51,955 nucleotides of DNA from Tepidisphaeraceae bacterium (GTDB taxonomy: Bacteria > Planctomycetota > Phycisphaerae > Tepidisphaerales > Tepidisphaeraceae): the NCBI GenBank assembly GCA_049679725.1, contig JBAUGM010000160.1, positions 1-51,955 on the forward strand, read 5' to 3'. The notes beneath the pieces are model-generated. The model was not told the DNA's origin. It did no database searches and saw only the letters and a list, made by a program, of their open reading frames with translations. This document shows, piece after piece, positions 17,795-26,082 of the stretch. A program made the translations under genes and the position numbers. The stretch's first letter is position 1. Every line of letters starts with the position of its first letter.

Positions 17795-19407
17795 TTCTCG
17801 CCGACCAAGCACAGTTCCGGGGGCTGCTGACTGCGGCCCGCTACTGCCTGACCGACGTTACCTGCGAATCGCAGTTCGTCGCGGTGCTGCTCGCCCGGCC
17901 AGACTTCATTACCCGGGCGCGGCAAGTCGTGTCACCGGTCTGGTTCAGCAACGAGCAGGCGCGGAAGCTCTACGGCGTCTTCCTCGAGGTCGCATGGACC
18001 TGCGAGACAAACGGCTGGCCCGTCAAGCTCGATAGGGCGACCATCGACCAGTGCCTGATCACGCAGGGCAAGCAGGCGGGCTTCTGGCAGGACCGCGAGC
18101 TAGTCAGCTACCTCGAAGGCGTCGAGGTCATCGCCCGCGCCGTCAACGCAGACGATGCCAAGCGCATGGTCGATGGGCTCCAGTCCGCCGCCGCCCGCAC
18201 GGCGTTGTTCGACCGGACGCTGACGACGCTGACGGAGCTGATCCGCGAGCAGCGGGCCTGCAACCCCCAACTCCAGATCACCGCTCTGCTCAACGACCTA
18301 CACCAGATCAACCACGGGCATAGCGCGAAGGACGCCGGCATGCAGGCCGTGGGCTCCTGCAACCTGAACGACCTCGGCGCGCCGTGGGAAGTCGTCCCGA
18401 CGCACCTACCCACCCTCGCGGACCTCATCGGCGGCTTCCAGCCCGGCCGGTTCTACGCCGTCAGCGCCCGCACTGGCGTCGGCAAGAGCACGCTCCTGAA
18501 CAGCATCGCGGTTAACGCCGCCGTCGAACAGGAGATCCCTACTCTGGTGCTTGACGTTGAGATGCAGCGGCGCGAAGTGCTGCTGCGGGCCGTGTCGAAT
18601 CTCGCCGAAATCGATGAGCGGGCCATCGTCCGCAAGACCTACACCGTCGCGGAAGCCGAGCGTGTCGAGCAGCAGATGGCGCGGATCAAGGCGGCGCCGC
18701 TCTACCACGTCCAAGTGGGGCCGATGGCCTTCGAGGACATGCTGGGCTGGTTCTCCCACTTCAAGCGTTCGGTCGTGGACACACGGGCGGACGGGCGAGC
18801 GCTGATCATCCTCGACTACCTCCGCGCTCCGGGTGGTGACCGCGAGTGGCAGGCGCTGGGCCATCAAGCGGACAGGCTCAAGCAGATGGCAACGTCCTTG
18901 CAGCTTCCGGTCATCGCCGGGGTGCAGGCGGGCCGGCAGGCTGACGCGATGGACCACGCCGACTACGCCGACAGGAGTGTGGGGACGATCGGCGGCTCGG
19001 ACCGCATCGCCCACCACGCCGACTTCGCGTGTGCGCTTCGCAATCTCCGCTCGGACGAGCAGGAGAAGGTCCTGGCGAAGTTCAGCCCGCGTCCGGAGCC
19101 CGACCACGAGCCGCGTAACCGGCTTCGGTTCAATCAGGTGCTTCACGTCGGCAAGCAGCGTGCCGGCGCTACGCTCGGAGGCGGCATCCCCTTGTTCTGC
19201 AGATTCGGCCAGAGCCGGTATGAGGACGTCGGCGTCCGGCGCGACGAGGCCGGCAACCCGATCACCGTCAACGGCCGCATGATGCCCTCCGAGGAGCGGC
19301 ACTACATCCACTCGGCAGACTTCATCCGAAAGACGGCTCGCCGCCGGAGCGACAGGTCAAACCTTCCGACGCAGAAGGCGATCCAGCCGAGAGAGAAGGC
19401 GGCGTAA
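17791..19407 (+). CDS. DnaB-like replicative DNA helicase
   Basis: 538 aa. Walker A VSARTGVGKSTLLNSIAVNAA. LVLDVEMQRREVLLRAVSNLAEID. Walker B LIILDYLRAP. LKQMATSLQLPVIAGVQAGRQAD resembles the DnaB C-terminal RecA-like domain. Confidence 0.8.
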   Translation: MILADQAQFRGLLTAARYCLTDVTCESQFVAVLLARPDFITRARQVVSPVWFSNEQARKLYGVFLEVAWTCETNGWPVKLDRATIDQCLITQGKQAGFWQDRELVSYLEGVEVIARAVNADDAKRMVDGLQSAAARTALFDRTLTTLTELIREQRACNPQLQITALLNDLHQINHGHSAKDAGMQAVGSCNLNDLGAPWEVVPTHLPTLADLIGGFQPGRFYAVSARTGVGKSTLLNSIAVNAAVEQEIPTLVLDVEMQRREVLLRAVSNLAEIDERAIVRKTYTVAEAERVEQQMARIKAAPLYHVQVGPMAFEDMLGWFSHFKRSVVDTRADGRALIILDYLRAPGGDREWQALGHQADRLKQMATSLQLPVIAGVQAGRQADAMDHADYADRSVGTIGGSDRIAHHADFACALRNLRSDEQEKVLAKFSPRPEPDHEPRNRLRFNQVLHVGKQRAGATLGGGIPLFCRFGQSRYEDVGVRRDEAGNPITVNGRMMPSEERHYIHSADFIRKTARRRSDRSNLPTQKAIQPREKAA

Positions 19408-19561
19408 CCAAAGGAGAAGATCACGAAGAAGACTTCGGATGCGATACTTGGCGACGATATCGATGGCTCCGTGCTCGGCGTGCCGATGCGGTCACTGCTC
19501 GAATCGTGCGACCGCGCGACTAACGCAAAAGTCGCTACGCCGGTGCGTGCAGCGACCATGT

Positions 19562-20100
19562 CTAGATCCTCCGTGGACCTTGCGCCGACGCGCATTGCGA
19601 ATGGAAGATCAGGACTTCACGACCCATCCTCGGTGTTGTGGCGACCCTCTGGGAATTGAGAATCGTGCACGCGCGGTACGTTGCGTGTGTTAGCCAGGAT
19701 GGATGGCCGTAAGTTCTTGTTTCGCCGTGGTTCCTTTGGATCGGTGATTGACCCAACTCCGTCCTTGGCGGCGATTTTCACAGGCTCGTTCGGTCGAATC
19801 GAGGATGCCGGCACGAATCAATCTGAAGGTGCCATTATTGGACCTTCGATGGTGCCTCCGGAGGCAAAAAAACAGGTCGGGATCCTGATCGGTCGCCGTG
19901 TCAGCCGCCTTGCGCGCTAGTCGATCGATCCAACCACCGGGCCCCTCGGCCAACTTGCCGATACTCGTCCGCGACTTCGACCCACCTGAGGCATACCTGT
20001 CCTCGTGGCGATACAAGGTGTGGATCCAGCGCCGCTGCAGGTCCGGAAGACCGCTGAACCGCTTCTCCCGAGAGCTGTTGCCTGGTCGGGGATCGGAGAG
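19562..20100 (-). pseudogene. Possible degraded tyrosine recombinase
   Basis: Minus-strand fragments lie in at least two frames. One reads ...GLPDLQRRWIHTLYRHEDRYASGGSKSRTSIGKLAEGPGGWIDRLARKAADTATDQDPDLFFCLRRHHRRSNNGTFRLIRAGI. The next reads ...KNLRPSILANTRNVPRVHDSQFPEGRHNTEDGS. They loosely follow the integrase pattern (L.W.D.....tK..k.R.vpl....L...L....p.d.vF.......f.r..k.aGi...H.LRHt.At........iq..lGH.s...T). There is no intact ORF. Confidence 0.25.
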
Positions 20101-20174
20101 CTAACCTGTGGAAAACGCGCCGGATGCTTGTCTGTGCCAGCGAGCGAGCAGATCAGCAGCTGGCCCCGAACCCC

Positions 20175-20882
20175 ATGGCTCTAATCGAACACGGAACCCT
20201 GCACCTAGATCTCTACCACGGTACATCCTCATTAAACTTGCCCTCGATTCGAGAACACGGGCTTGGTGGTTGCAACCTAATCGCAGAGCTCGATGTCATC
20301 TCCTTTCTAGTGCATCTCTATTCGGTCGCCCAAGCCATTCTCCCAGCCGACCATGCCGAATGGTGCCTCGCGAAGGTCGTGATGGAACCCATGGTGAAGC
20401 AGCGCGTTGCTGCCTCGGGCTTCAACTATCGCCACGGCCAAACGTATCTGACGCCGTCACAACGCACCGCGATTAACTACGCCGTCAATAACGCTCAAGG
20501 CTCGGAGTTGCTTTCCAACGTCAAGCATCTCCAAGAGCTTGTGGCTTCCGTTGATCCGAGCGCTGCGTCAAGAATTACCCTTGGGAATCCCGCGCTGAAG
20601 GAGAGATTTCAGCGAACCGGCAAGCCGATTGTCATCCGCATATCCCATCTGCCTGTAGCAATGCTCAGATCCGAATCAGGGGGCAACGCGAATGAGGTGG
20701 TTCAAAAGATCGAGGCGCTCATGAGCACCCCCGGGAATCGAGAAGTCGCGGAAGCGATGTGTCAACAATGTAACTTTGAATTGCACGGGGTCGTGCCCTT
20801 TGATCTGCTGCGGTGTTACGAGGTGTCTAGTTCGAACGACCACAGGTACACTCTGCTAGAGGTGGCGTCAGAAGCCTTGTAA
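20175..20882 (+). CDS. Hypothetical protein, possible ADP-ribosyltransferase fold
   Basis: Track ORF 20124..20882; probable start is ATG 20175 (MALIEHG...). LDLYHGTSSLNLPSIREHGLGG resembles the [YF]-H-x-[TS]...N...I...G-L strand-helix seen in PARP, Tpt1 and DarT-type ARTs. Later come GQTYLTPSQRTAINYA and CNFELHGVVP. Lies in the low-GC block. Confidence 0.5.
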   Translation: MALIEHGTLHLDLYHGTSSLNLPSIREHGLGGCNLIAELDVISFLVHLYSVAQAILPADHAEWCLAKVVMEPMVKQRVAASGFNYRHGQTYLTPSQRTAINYAVNNAQGSELLSNVKHLQELVASVDPSAASRITLGNPALKERFQRTGKPIVIRISHLPVAMLRSESGGNANEVVQKIEALMSTPGNREVAEAMCQQCNFELHGVVPFDLLRCYEVSSSNDHRYTLLEVASEAL

Positions 20883-21288
20883 GGCGGGCGGCCCCCGGGG
20901 CGATCTCCAGTCTTTCGTGTACACCCGCGAGTGCTCGAATCGGCGTGTGGACGCAGCCGAGTTCATCGCCCAGCGCCGAGCACGTGGCGGTGATCCAGTC
21001 AAGGCGATCGCCAGGCTGGTCGAGCGCACGCGCTGAACTCCGGAGCACCGTCAATCCTCAAGAAACTCCACAAGCGAAAGTATTGTTGGAAGTCGCCAGA
21101 TTTTCTTGCAGGGCAGGGATGACCTGTGGATAGCCCGTCGTGCGCCAATGCGTGCCTATGCCACATTGGATGTTTGAAGTAGCCCACCAGTTGCTGCGGC
21201 TGGGGCGGCTCCGTCGAATGTCGAACGCCCCCCCGGGTACAAGACCGGCCAATGGTCAGGACCAAGTGGCAACGGCTCGCTAAATGCA

Positions 21289-21918
21289 TCACCGGATGAA
21301 TAACTCATCGACGGACGGCTGCAACTCCACACCACCAGGAACCTCGCCGCTCTCGGCAATGTACGAATTCAGTCCAGCCTTTGAGATCGTCTCCATGACA
21401 TGGGCGTCGACCCTCTCAGCTTCCTGCCAAGCCAAGAGTCGCTTAGCCTCATTCCCGCTCACAGAAATCTCGACCTGAAGAAGCCCGGGCATTTCTGATT
21501 TCGCCCACGCGAGGGCTGTCTGTGGATCGGTGACCACGACCTTGGGACGGCGCGCCCGGACGCCAACAACGCCAGCAGGAAGGCAAACTGAACGGCGCCG
21601 ACCGCCTTCTTCCATGAGCCGTTGCTCAAGCCAGCGCTGAAGCTGTGCACCATAGCGCTCCGTCAAATACCGCTCACGGCGTTCGGCTTTTCGAAGCTCA
21701 CCGGCAGCCCACGCTTCCACCCTACGACGGTAGACCCGTAATTCCGTCACTGCTCTGACGAGCCAGTTGGCGTCACGTTCGCTGCTGATCGAGAATCCCA
21801 ATTGGCTCGCGGGGTCCGGGAGTTCGAGTTCGTCCGCATCCACGCCAGATGGCGGCGATTCCGGCTCGACCAGTGCATCATCGTTCGCCGGGTGACATTC
21901 CGCATCTCTGAGCGACAT
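21289..21918 (-). CDS. gam: Mu Gam-like host-nuclease inhibitor protein
   Basis: 209 aa. A coiled-coil N-terminal half (DANWLVRAVTELRVYRRRVEAWAAGELRKAE...) is followed by GGRRRSVCLPAGVVGVRARRPKVVVTDPQTALAWAKSEMPGLLQVE. This parallels Mu Gam GGKVKTANLVTGDVSWRVRPPSVSIRGMDAVMETLERLGLQRFIRTK. Confidence 0.6.
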   Translation of the reverse strand: MSLRDAECHPANDDALVEPESPPSGVDADELELPDPASQLGFSISSERDANWLVRAVTELRVYRRRVEAWAAGELRKAERRERYLTERYGAQLQRWLEQRLMEEGGRRRSVCLPAGVVGVRARRPKVVVTDPQTALAWAKSEMPGLLQVEISVSGNEAKRLLAWQEAERVDAHVMETISKAGLNSYIAESGEVPGGVELQPSVDELFIR

Positions 21919-21942
21919 TTTGCGTACCCACGCAGGAGTCTA

Positions 21943-22353
21943 TTACGCTTCGCGACGCGCCAATTGCTCTATGAGCTCCGACAACTTGGTCTCTGTATTG
22001 AGGCACTGGAGCTTCGCCAGATTGGTCTGGGTCCGTGAGGCGCCCAGCGCGCTGCGCGTGGCCCGCCAGAGCGCCTCGACCGGCTCCAAGATTGCGTTTG
22101 CGCAGCGAACGTGTATCTCGTGCCGCTTCTCCGGCGAGCACGGAATCGCTTCCAACGCATCCCAGAGTTCGCAAATCGATCTCGAGATCTCCTCAGACAA
22201 TGCCGGCTCCACGATTTGCAGGCGAGCCAGGATTTCGCGCCGGCCCTTGGTTTTCAGTTGGTCCTTGACTTCACGGATCACTTCGGGTTCCACTGCAATG
22301 CTCATCACGCCTCCATATCTCGTCAACGCGTTCTCGGTGATAGGCTCATCCAT
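21943..22353 (-). CDS. Hypothetical protein
   Basis: Track ORF 21943..22380. Starting at the internal Met (MDEPITEN...) leaves an 8-nt overlap with the upstream gene. Part of the minus-strand operon 23375 to 21289. Confidence 0.45.
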   Translation of the reverse strand: MDEPITENALTRYGGVMSIAVEPEVIREVKDQLKTKGRREILARLQIVEPALSEEISRSICELWDALEAIPCSPEKRHEIHVRCANAILEPVEALWRATRSALGASRTQTNLAKLQCLNTETKLSELIEQLARREA

Positions 22354-22897
22354 GCCTGCGAGCGCCGTCCGCAATGACAAGGAATGCCGATACGAGCCGT
22401 CGCTCCATGGATTTCCCTGCCGGTCGCGACGGGCAGTGGCGACGGATGGATTCCTTGAGCGATTTGATCTGCTTGTCGATGTATGCGGCGAGGTCCGGAG
22501 CGTACATCTTCAGCCCTTGCAGATACGCCTGGTGACCACAGTTCTTTACGGCTTGCTCGCTCCGCATGATCCACCATGAACTTGGGACGACTGGCTCAGG
22601 CTGCGGGGGTGGCAATTGCATTGGGCTCGCCTCGTCTGGCGGTTCGACCGCCGCGAGCATCCGGCGGAGTCGCCTGCCGTCATTCAGCGTGAAACACACG
22701 ATCTCTACACGTCCGTCCGGCTCGGCCAAAGTTAGCGCGACGAGTCGCTGCCCCGTCTGCGCCCGATTGTCGGCAATTTCGCAATCGAGAACGCTGGCGA
22801 GGCGCGCCGCAACGCGGGGCGGTGACCCCGGCTTCTTGTCGTTTGGAACCTGCTCATCCGCTTCGTTCATGACGAACGCTTTCGCCTCAACTTGCAA
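22346..22897 (-). CDS. Hypothetical protein
   Basis: 183 aa, same operon. No recognisable motifs. Confidence 0.45.
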   Translation of the reverse strand: MQVEAKAFVMNEADEQVPNDKKPGSPPRVAARLASVLDCEIADNRAQTGQRLVALTLAEPDGRVEIVCFTLNDGRRLRRMLAAVEPPDEASPMQLPPPQPEPVVPSSWWIMRSEQAVKNCGHQAYLQGLKMYAPDLAAYIDKQIKSLKESIRRHCPSRPAGKSMERRLVSAFLVIADGARRHG

Positions 22898-22916
22898 AGG
22901 AACGACGGGCCACTGG

Positions 22917-23375
22917 TCAGATGTTGTCGTCGTCCGAGACCAGGCAGACGTTCCGCACGTGCTGCCGGTCCCTTACCTGGCGAGATAGCTCACACAGAAT
23001 GCGCCTGGCTTCTGATTCCTGAAATTGCTTGCGGATAAGCTTCGTTACATCTGCGATCGTCCACGACCCGCTCTTCCCGTCCTGCTCGAGCAACAGGCCT
23101 GCCATCAGGGTGAAGCAGCTCAGTGCCAGCACGTCCAACAATGCATCGTTGAGCCGAAGCCCACCTCGGCTGCCTCGAGCGCTGATGACGGGGCGAAGGT
23201 ACCCCTCGCTCACGACGCTGACCGCGACGGGTTCGTCTACACCAACAACGCCGAACTTGAGTTCATGCTCGACATGGTCATCTTCTTGGCGACCGCGACA
23301 TCGCATCTCGATGTGGAACGGGATAGGTATCTCGACACCAACAGCTCCTTCGCTCGCCATCGATCTGCTTCGCAC
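22917..23375 (-). CDS. Hypothetical protein
   Basis: 152 aa. First gene of the minus-strand operon, divergent from the Xis-like HTH gene across an AT-rich spacer. Confidence 0.45.
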   Translation of the reverse strand: MRSRSMASEGAVGVEIPIPFHIEMRCRGRQEDDHVEHELKFGVVGVDEPVAVSVVSEGYLRPVISARGSRGGLRLNDALLDVLALSCFTLMAGLLLEQDGKSGSWTIADVTKLIRKQFQESEARRILCELSRQVRDRQHVRNVCLVSDDDNI

Positions 23376-23428
23376 GGGATAAACTATATCGTCATCGAAA
23401 TAGTTGTCAATCGAAATATTTTAGGGAT

Positions 23429-23644
23429 TTGTTCCTCATCACCGATGGCAACAACGTGAAGGTGATCGGTACCCAAGAGGCTGCGAAGCGTCTCGGCATC
23501 ACGCCGACGCGCATCGCCACGATGATTCGTTCGGGAATCATCAAGGCCCAGAAAATCGGTCGCAGTTGGGTAATCGAGGAATCGGAGCTTGCGCGCGTCC
23601 AGAGACTGCCCCGCCGACCGGGGCGACCGCGGAAGCCGAAGTAG
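23429..23644 (+). CDS. Excisionase-family (HTH_17 / MerR-like) DNA-binding protein
   Basis: The track ORF starts at TTG 23429; GTG 23456 (MKVIGTQEAAKRLGITPTRIATMIRSGIIKAQKIGRSWVIEESELARV) is equally plausible. The pattern matches short Xis/AlpA-like HTH proteins. Basic C-terminal tail RRPGRPRKPK. Confidence 0.65.
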   Translation: MFLITDGNNVKVIGTQEAAKRLGITPTRIATMIRSGIIKAQKIGRSWVIEESELARVQRLPRRPGRPRKPK

Positions 23645-23727
23645 CATTATTCCCGCGCTCCGAACACAACTCGTCCGCACAGAGCTTCCTTGAGAATCGC
23701 TGAGTTGCCTTTCGCCGCACCCTGTCC

Positions 23728-24237
23728 TTGGCGTCAGCGGGCGTCGCGTCCCCACGTCCTCCGGCACACCCCGATCGGTTCATCGGTAAGGCGGCCAACA
23801 AGCACTTTGCCCTGAAGGACGTGCTCGGCCACGCCCGGCGGATCATCGAGTCGTGGGAGCGGGTCGGCCCCAACCTCACCAAGGAGGAGAAGACCGAGGC
23901 CCGGGCGGTGCAAGGCCCCGCCACTACCGCCTTCGTTCACGAGATCAAGGCGAACCTTCCCGCGCCCACGGCGTACGGTTGGTGCGAGCTCGGTCGCGTA
24001 CCCGTAGACGGCGAAGAACTTCAGGTTTGTCGCTGTTGCGGCCTCGACGGCGTGACCGAGACGCTCGTTCACGTCCGCGTCAGCGGGATCAGTATTTTCC
24101 TGGTGGTGGAGAATCTGCCCCTTGTGGAGGGCGGTCGTGCCGACGAGCTAACGCCGGACGGTGCGGATGTCCTTCGGGAGAACGGGACCCCTAACCAAAT
24201 ATCGCGGCGGCGGCGTGGCGACCTCATCGGTACGTGA
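23728..24237 (+). CDS. Hypothetical protein
   Basis: 169 aa with strong third-position GC bias. Non-ATG start (TTG at 23728). No motifs recognised. Its stop overlaps GTG 24234. Confidence 0.35.
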   Translation: MASAGVASPRPPAHPDRFIGKAANKHFALKDVLGHARRIIESWERVGPNLTKEEKTEARAVQGPATTAFVHEIKANLPAPTAYGWCELGRVPVDGEELQVCRCCGLDGVTETLVHVRVSGISIFLVVENLPLVEGGRADELTPDGADVLRENGTPNQISRRRRGDLIGT

Positions 24238-24359
24238 TTCAAGTGCCTTCAGTCGGTAAGCTTGCACGCTCATTTCGGTTCCCCAATGACTCGGGTTACG
24301 CAACAGGAAATTCTCAAGGTTGCGAGTATCCAGCGAGGGCACGGGGGGAGGCGATCGGC

Positions 24360-26069
24360 ATGGCGCAAATGTTTCCGTCGGTACTGCCCGAGGATGTCTT
24401 ACGCGATCCTCGGCGGAGGGCAGAGCGAGACTTCTTCGAGCTATGCCGGAATGCGCTCCCTGCTCAGGTCGTCGTGATCTACGGCTACCGTTGGTTAGAC
24501 CCACTCGACCGTGGCCGCGCAATCGAGGGCGAAGCGGATTTCGCCATCATCGACCCCCGTCGAGGCATCCTGGTTTTGGAGTTGAAGGGCGGGGTCATCC
24601 GGCGGGACGCCGCAACCGGTAAGTACTTCAGTCGCGAAGTGCGCGGAACTCGAGAACACGAGATCAAAGATCCCGGCTGGCAAGCAGCCAACAGCCGCCG
24701 CGCAATCGTCAACAAGGTGGAGGCCACCAAGCCTTGGCGAACTTGGCGCCAACGAGAGCGAGAACGAGCACGAGCGCCATTTCCAGCGGGCTTCGGCGTT
24801 GTGTTTCCTGATTGCACCGCCGAGGGTCACGTAATCGCCGGCGACATCACCCCGCAGAATCTCGTCGATGCGACGCACTTGGAAAGCCTCGACAAGCGAC
24901 TCGACGAAGTCTTCAAGACGCTTGTGGGAAAGAACCCGTGCCTGCCGCTGGCCAAAGAGGCAATGGGCGCCTTGCTCGATGTCCTCGCCTACGACGGGAC
25001 GCTTCGGCGACCGCTAGCGGTACAAATGGCAGACGAAGACCGACAACTCCTTCGCGCCACCAACAGTCAGCTCGTCATTCTTGGTGTACTGAGGCTGCAC
25101 GCACGGGTACTCCTCCGCGGAGGCGCGGGCACCGGTAAGACGATCCTCGCGATCGAGAAGGCACGCCGGTCGGCGGCACAGGGGCGCCCGACGCTATTTC
25201 TCTGCTACAACGAACTGCTTGGCGAGTTCCTCAAGACGAGTGAAGCTGCAAAGGCCGGGGCGCACGTGATGACGTTCCACTCACTGTGTCGCCAGATCAG
25301 CGGGCTCCGTCTCGCGCCAAGTGGCCCTGACGACGATGTGGCACGTCGTAGGTACTTTGACGAAGAACTCCCCGCCGCGGCCTACGAGCGGCTCATAGAG
25401 GAAGATCCCGCACAGCGATATCAAACCGTCGTCATCGACGAGGCACAGGACTTCCTGCCGACCTGGTACGACATCATCGGGCACCTTTTGGAGCCGGACG
25501 CGGCGGGAGAGCCCCCGGAGTACTTCATCGCCCTTGATGAAGATCAACTGCCGCCTGGACGGCTACACCGACTACCGGACCAACTAAGTCCGTTCCCGCT
25601 CGACGAAAACCTCCGGAATACGCGATGTATTTTCACAGCCACCACTCCACTTCGTCGCGGTGGTCCACTCTCCTGCGCCGGGCCAGACGGTGAGCCACCT
25701 AGAAAGGTGCGCTGTCAAACCGCCGAGGAGCTCGAAGCTGCGGTCGGCAAGGAACTCGATCACTACATCGAGAGCGGCAGGGTGAAACCAGAGGACATCG
25801 TCGTGCTCGTCGGGACGTCTTTAGCTCGTTCTCGCCTAGCCCTGAGCGGCCGCGCGGGGCGCTACCGCCTCGCCCAAGTCGCCGGAGGACCGACGACGAT
25901 TCAGATCGAGTCAGTCTGGCGGTACAAGGGTTTGGAGAAATGTGTCGTCATCTTGGCCGAGGTTGACGACATCGCATCCAACCGGCAAAGCCTTTACGTC
26001 GGGGCCACGCGCGCCAAGCTTCGGCTGAGCATCATCGGGACAACCCAGTTACTGCAGCAGTTCGCGTGA
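24360..26069 (+). CDS. NERD-like PD-(D/E)xK nuclease domain fused to UvrD/Rep-type SF1 helicase/ATPase
   Basis: Start is ATG 24360, with GGGAGG 9 nt upstream, inside track ORF 24234..26069. N-terminal GEADFAIIDPRRGILVLELKGG (D...ExK). LLRGGAGTGKTILAIEKA (Walker A). TVVIDEAQDF (motif II). C-terminal VWRYKGLEKCVVILAEV...LYVGATRAKLRLSI (UvrD_C-like). Confidence 0.75.
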   Translation: MAQMFPSVLPEDVLRDPRRRAERDFFELCRNALPAQVVVIYGYRWLDPLDRGRAIEGEADFAIIDPRRGILVLELKGGVIRRDAATGKYFSREVRGTREHEIKDPGWQAANSRRAIVNKVEATKPWRTWRQRERERARAPFPAGFGVVFPDCTAEGHVIAGDITPQNLVDATHLESLDKRLDEVFKTLVGKNPCLPLAKEAMGALLDVLAYDGTLRRPLAVQMADEDRQLLRATNSQLVILGVLRLHARVLLRGGAGTGKTILAIEKARRSAAQGRPTLFLCYNELLGEFLKTSEAAKAGAHVMTFHSLCRQISGLRLAPSGPDDDVARRRYFDEELPAAAYERLIEEDPAQRYQTVVIDEAQDFLPTWYDIIGHLLEPDAAGEPPEYFIALDEDQLPPGRLHRLPDQLSPFPLDENLRNTRCIFTATTPLRRGGPLSCAGPDGEPPRKVRCQTAEELEAAVGKELDHYIESGRVKPEDIVVLVGTSLARSRLALSGRAGRYRLAQVAGGPTTIQIESVWRYKGLEKCVVILAEVDDIASNRQSLYVGATRAKLRLSIIGTTQLLQQFA

Positions 26070-26082
26070 CTGGGGGTGGACA

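Noticed and set aside
20883-21288. Possible IS3-type transposase remnant on the minus strand (e.g. ...SRSNWWATSNIQCGIGTHW...)
   Set aside because: The resemblance to the N-lW-tDiTy-core is only a few residues. No DDE residues, inverted repeats or target duplications could be identified, so it is too degenerate to call.
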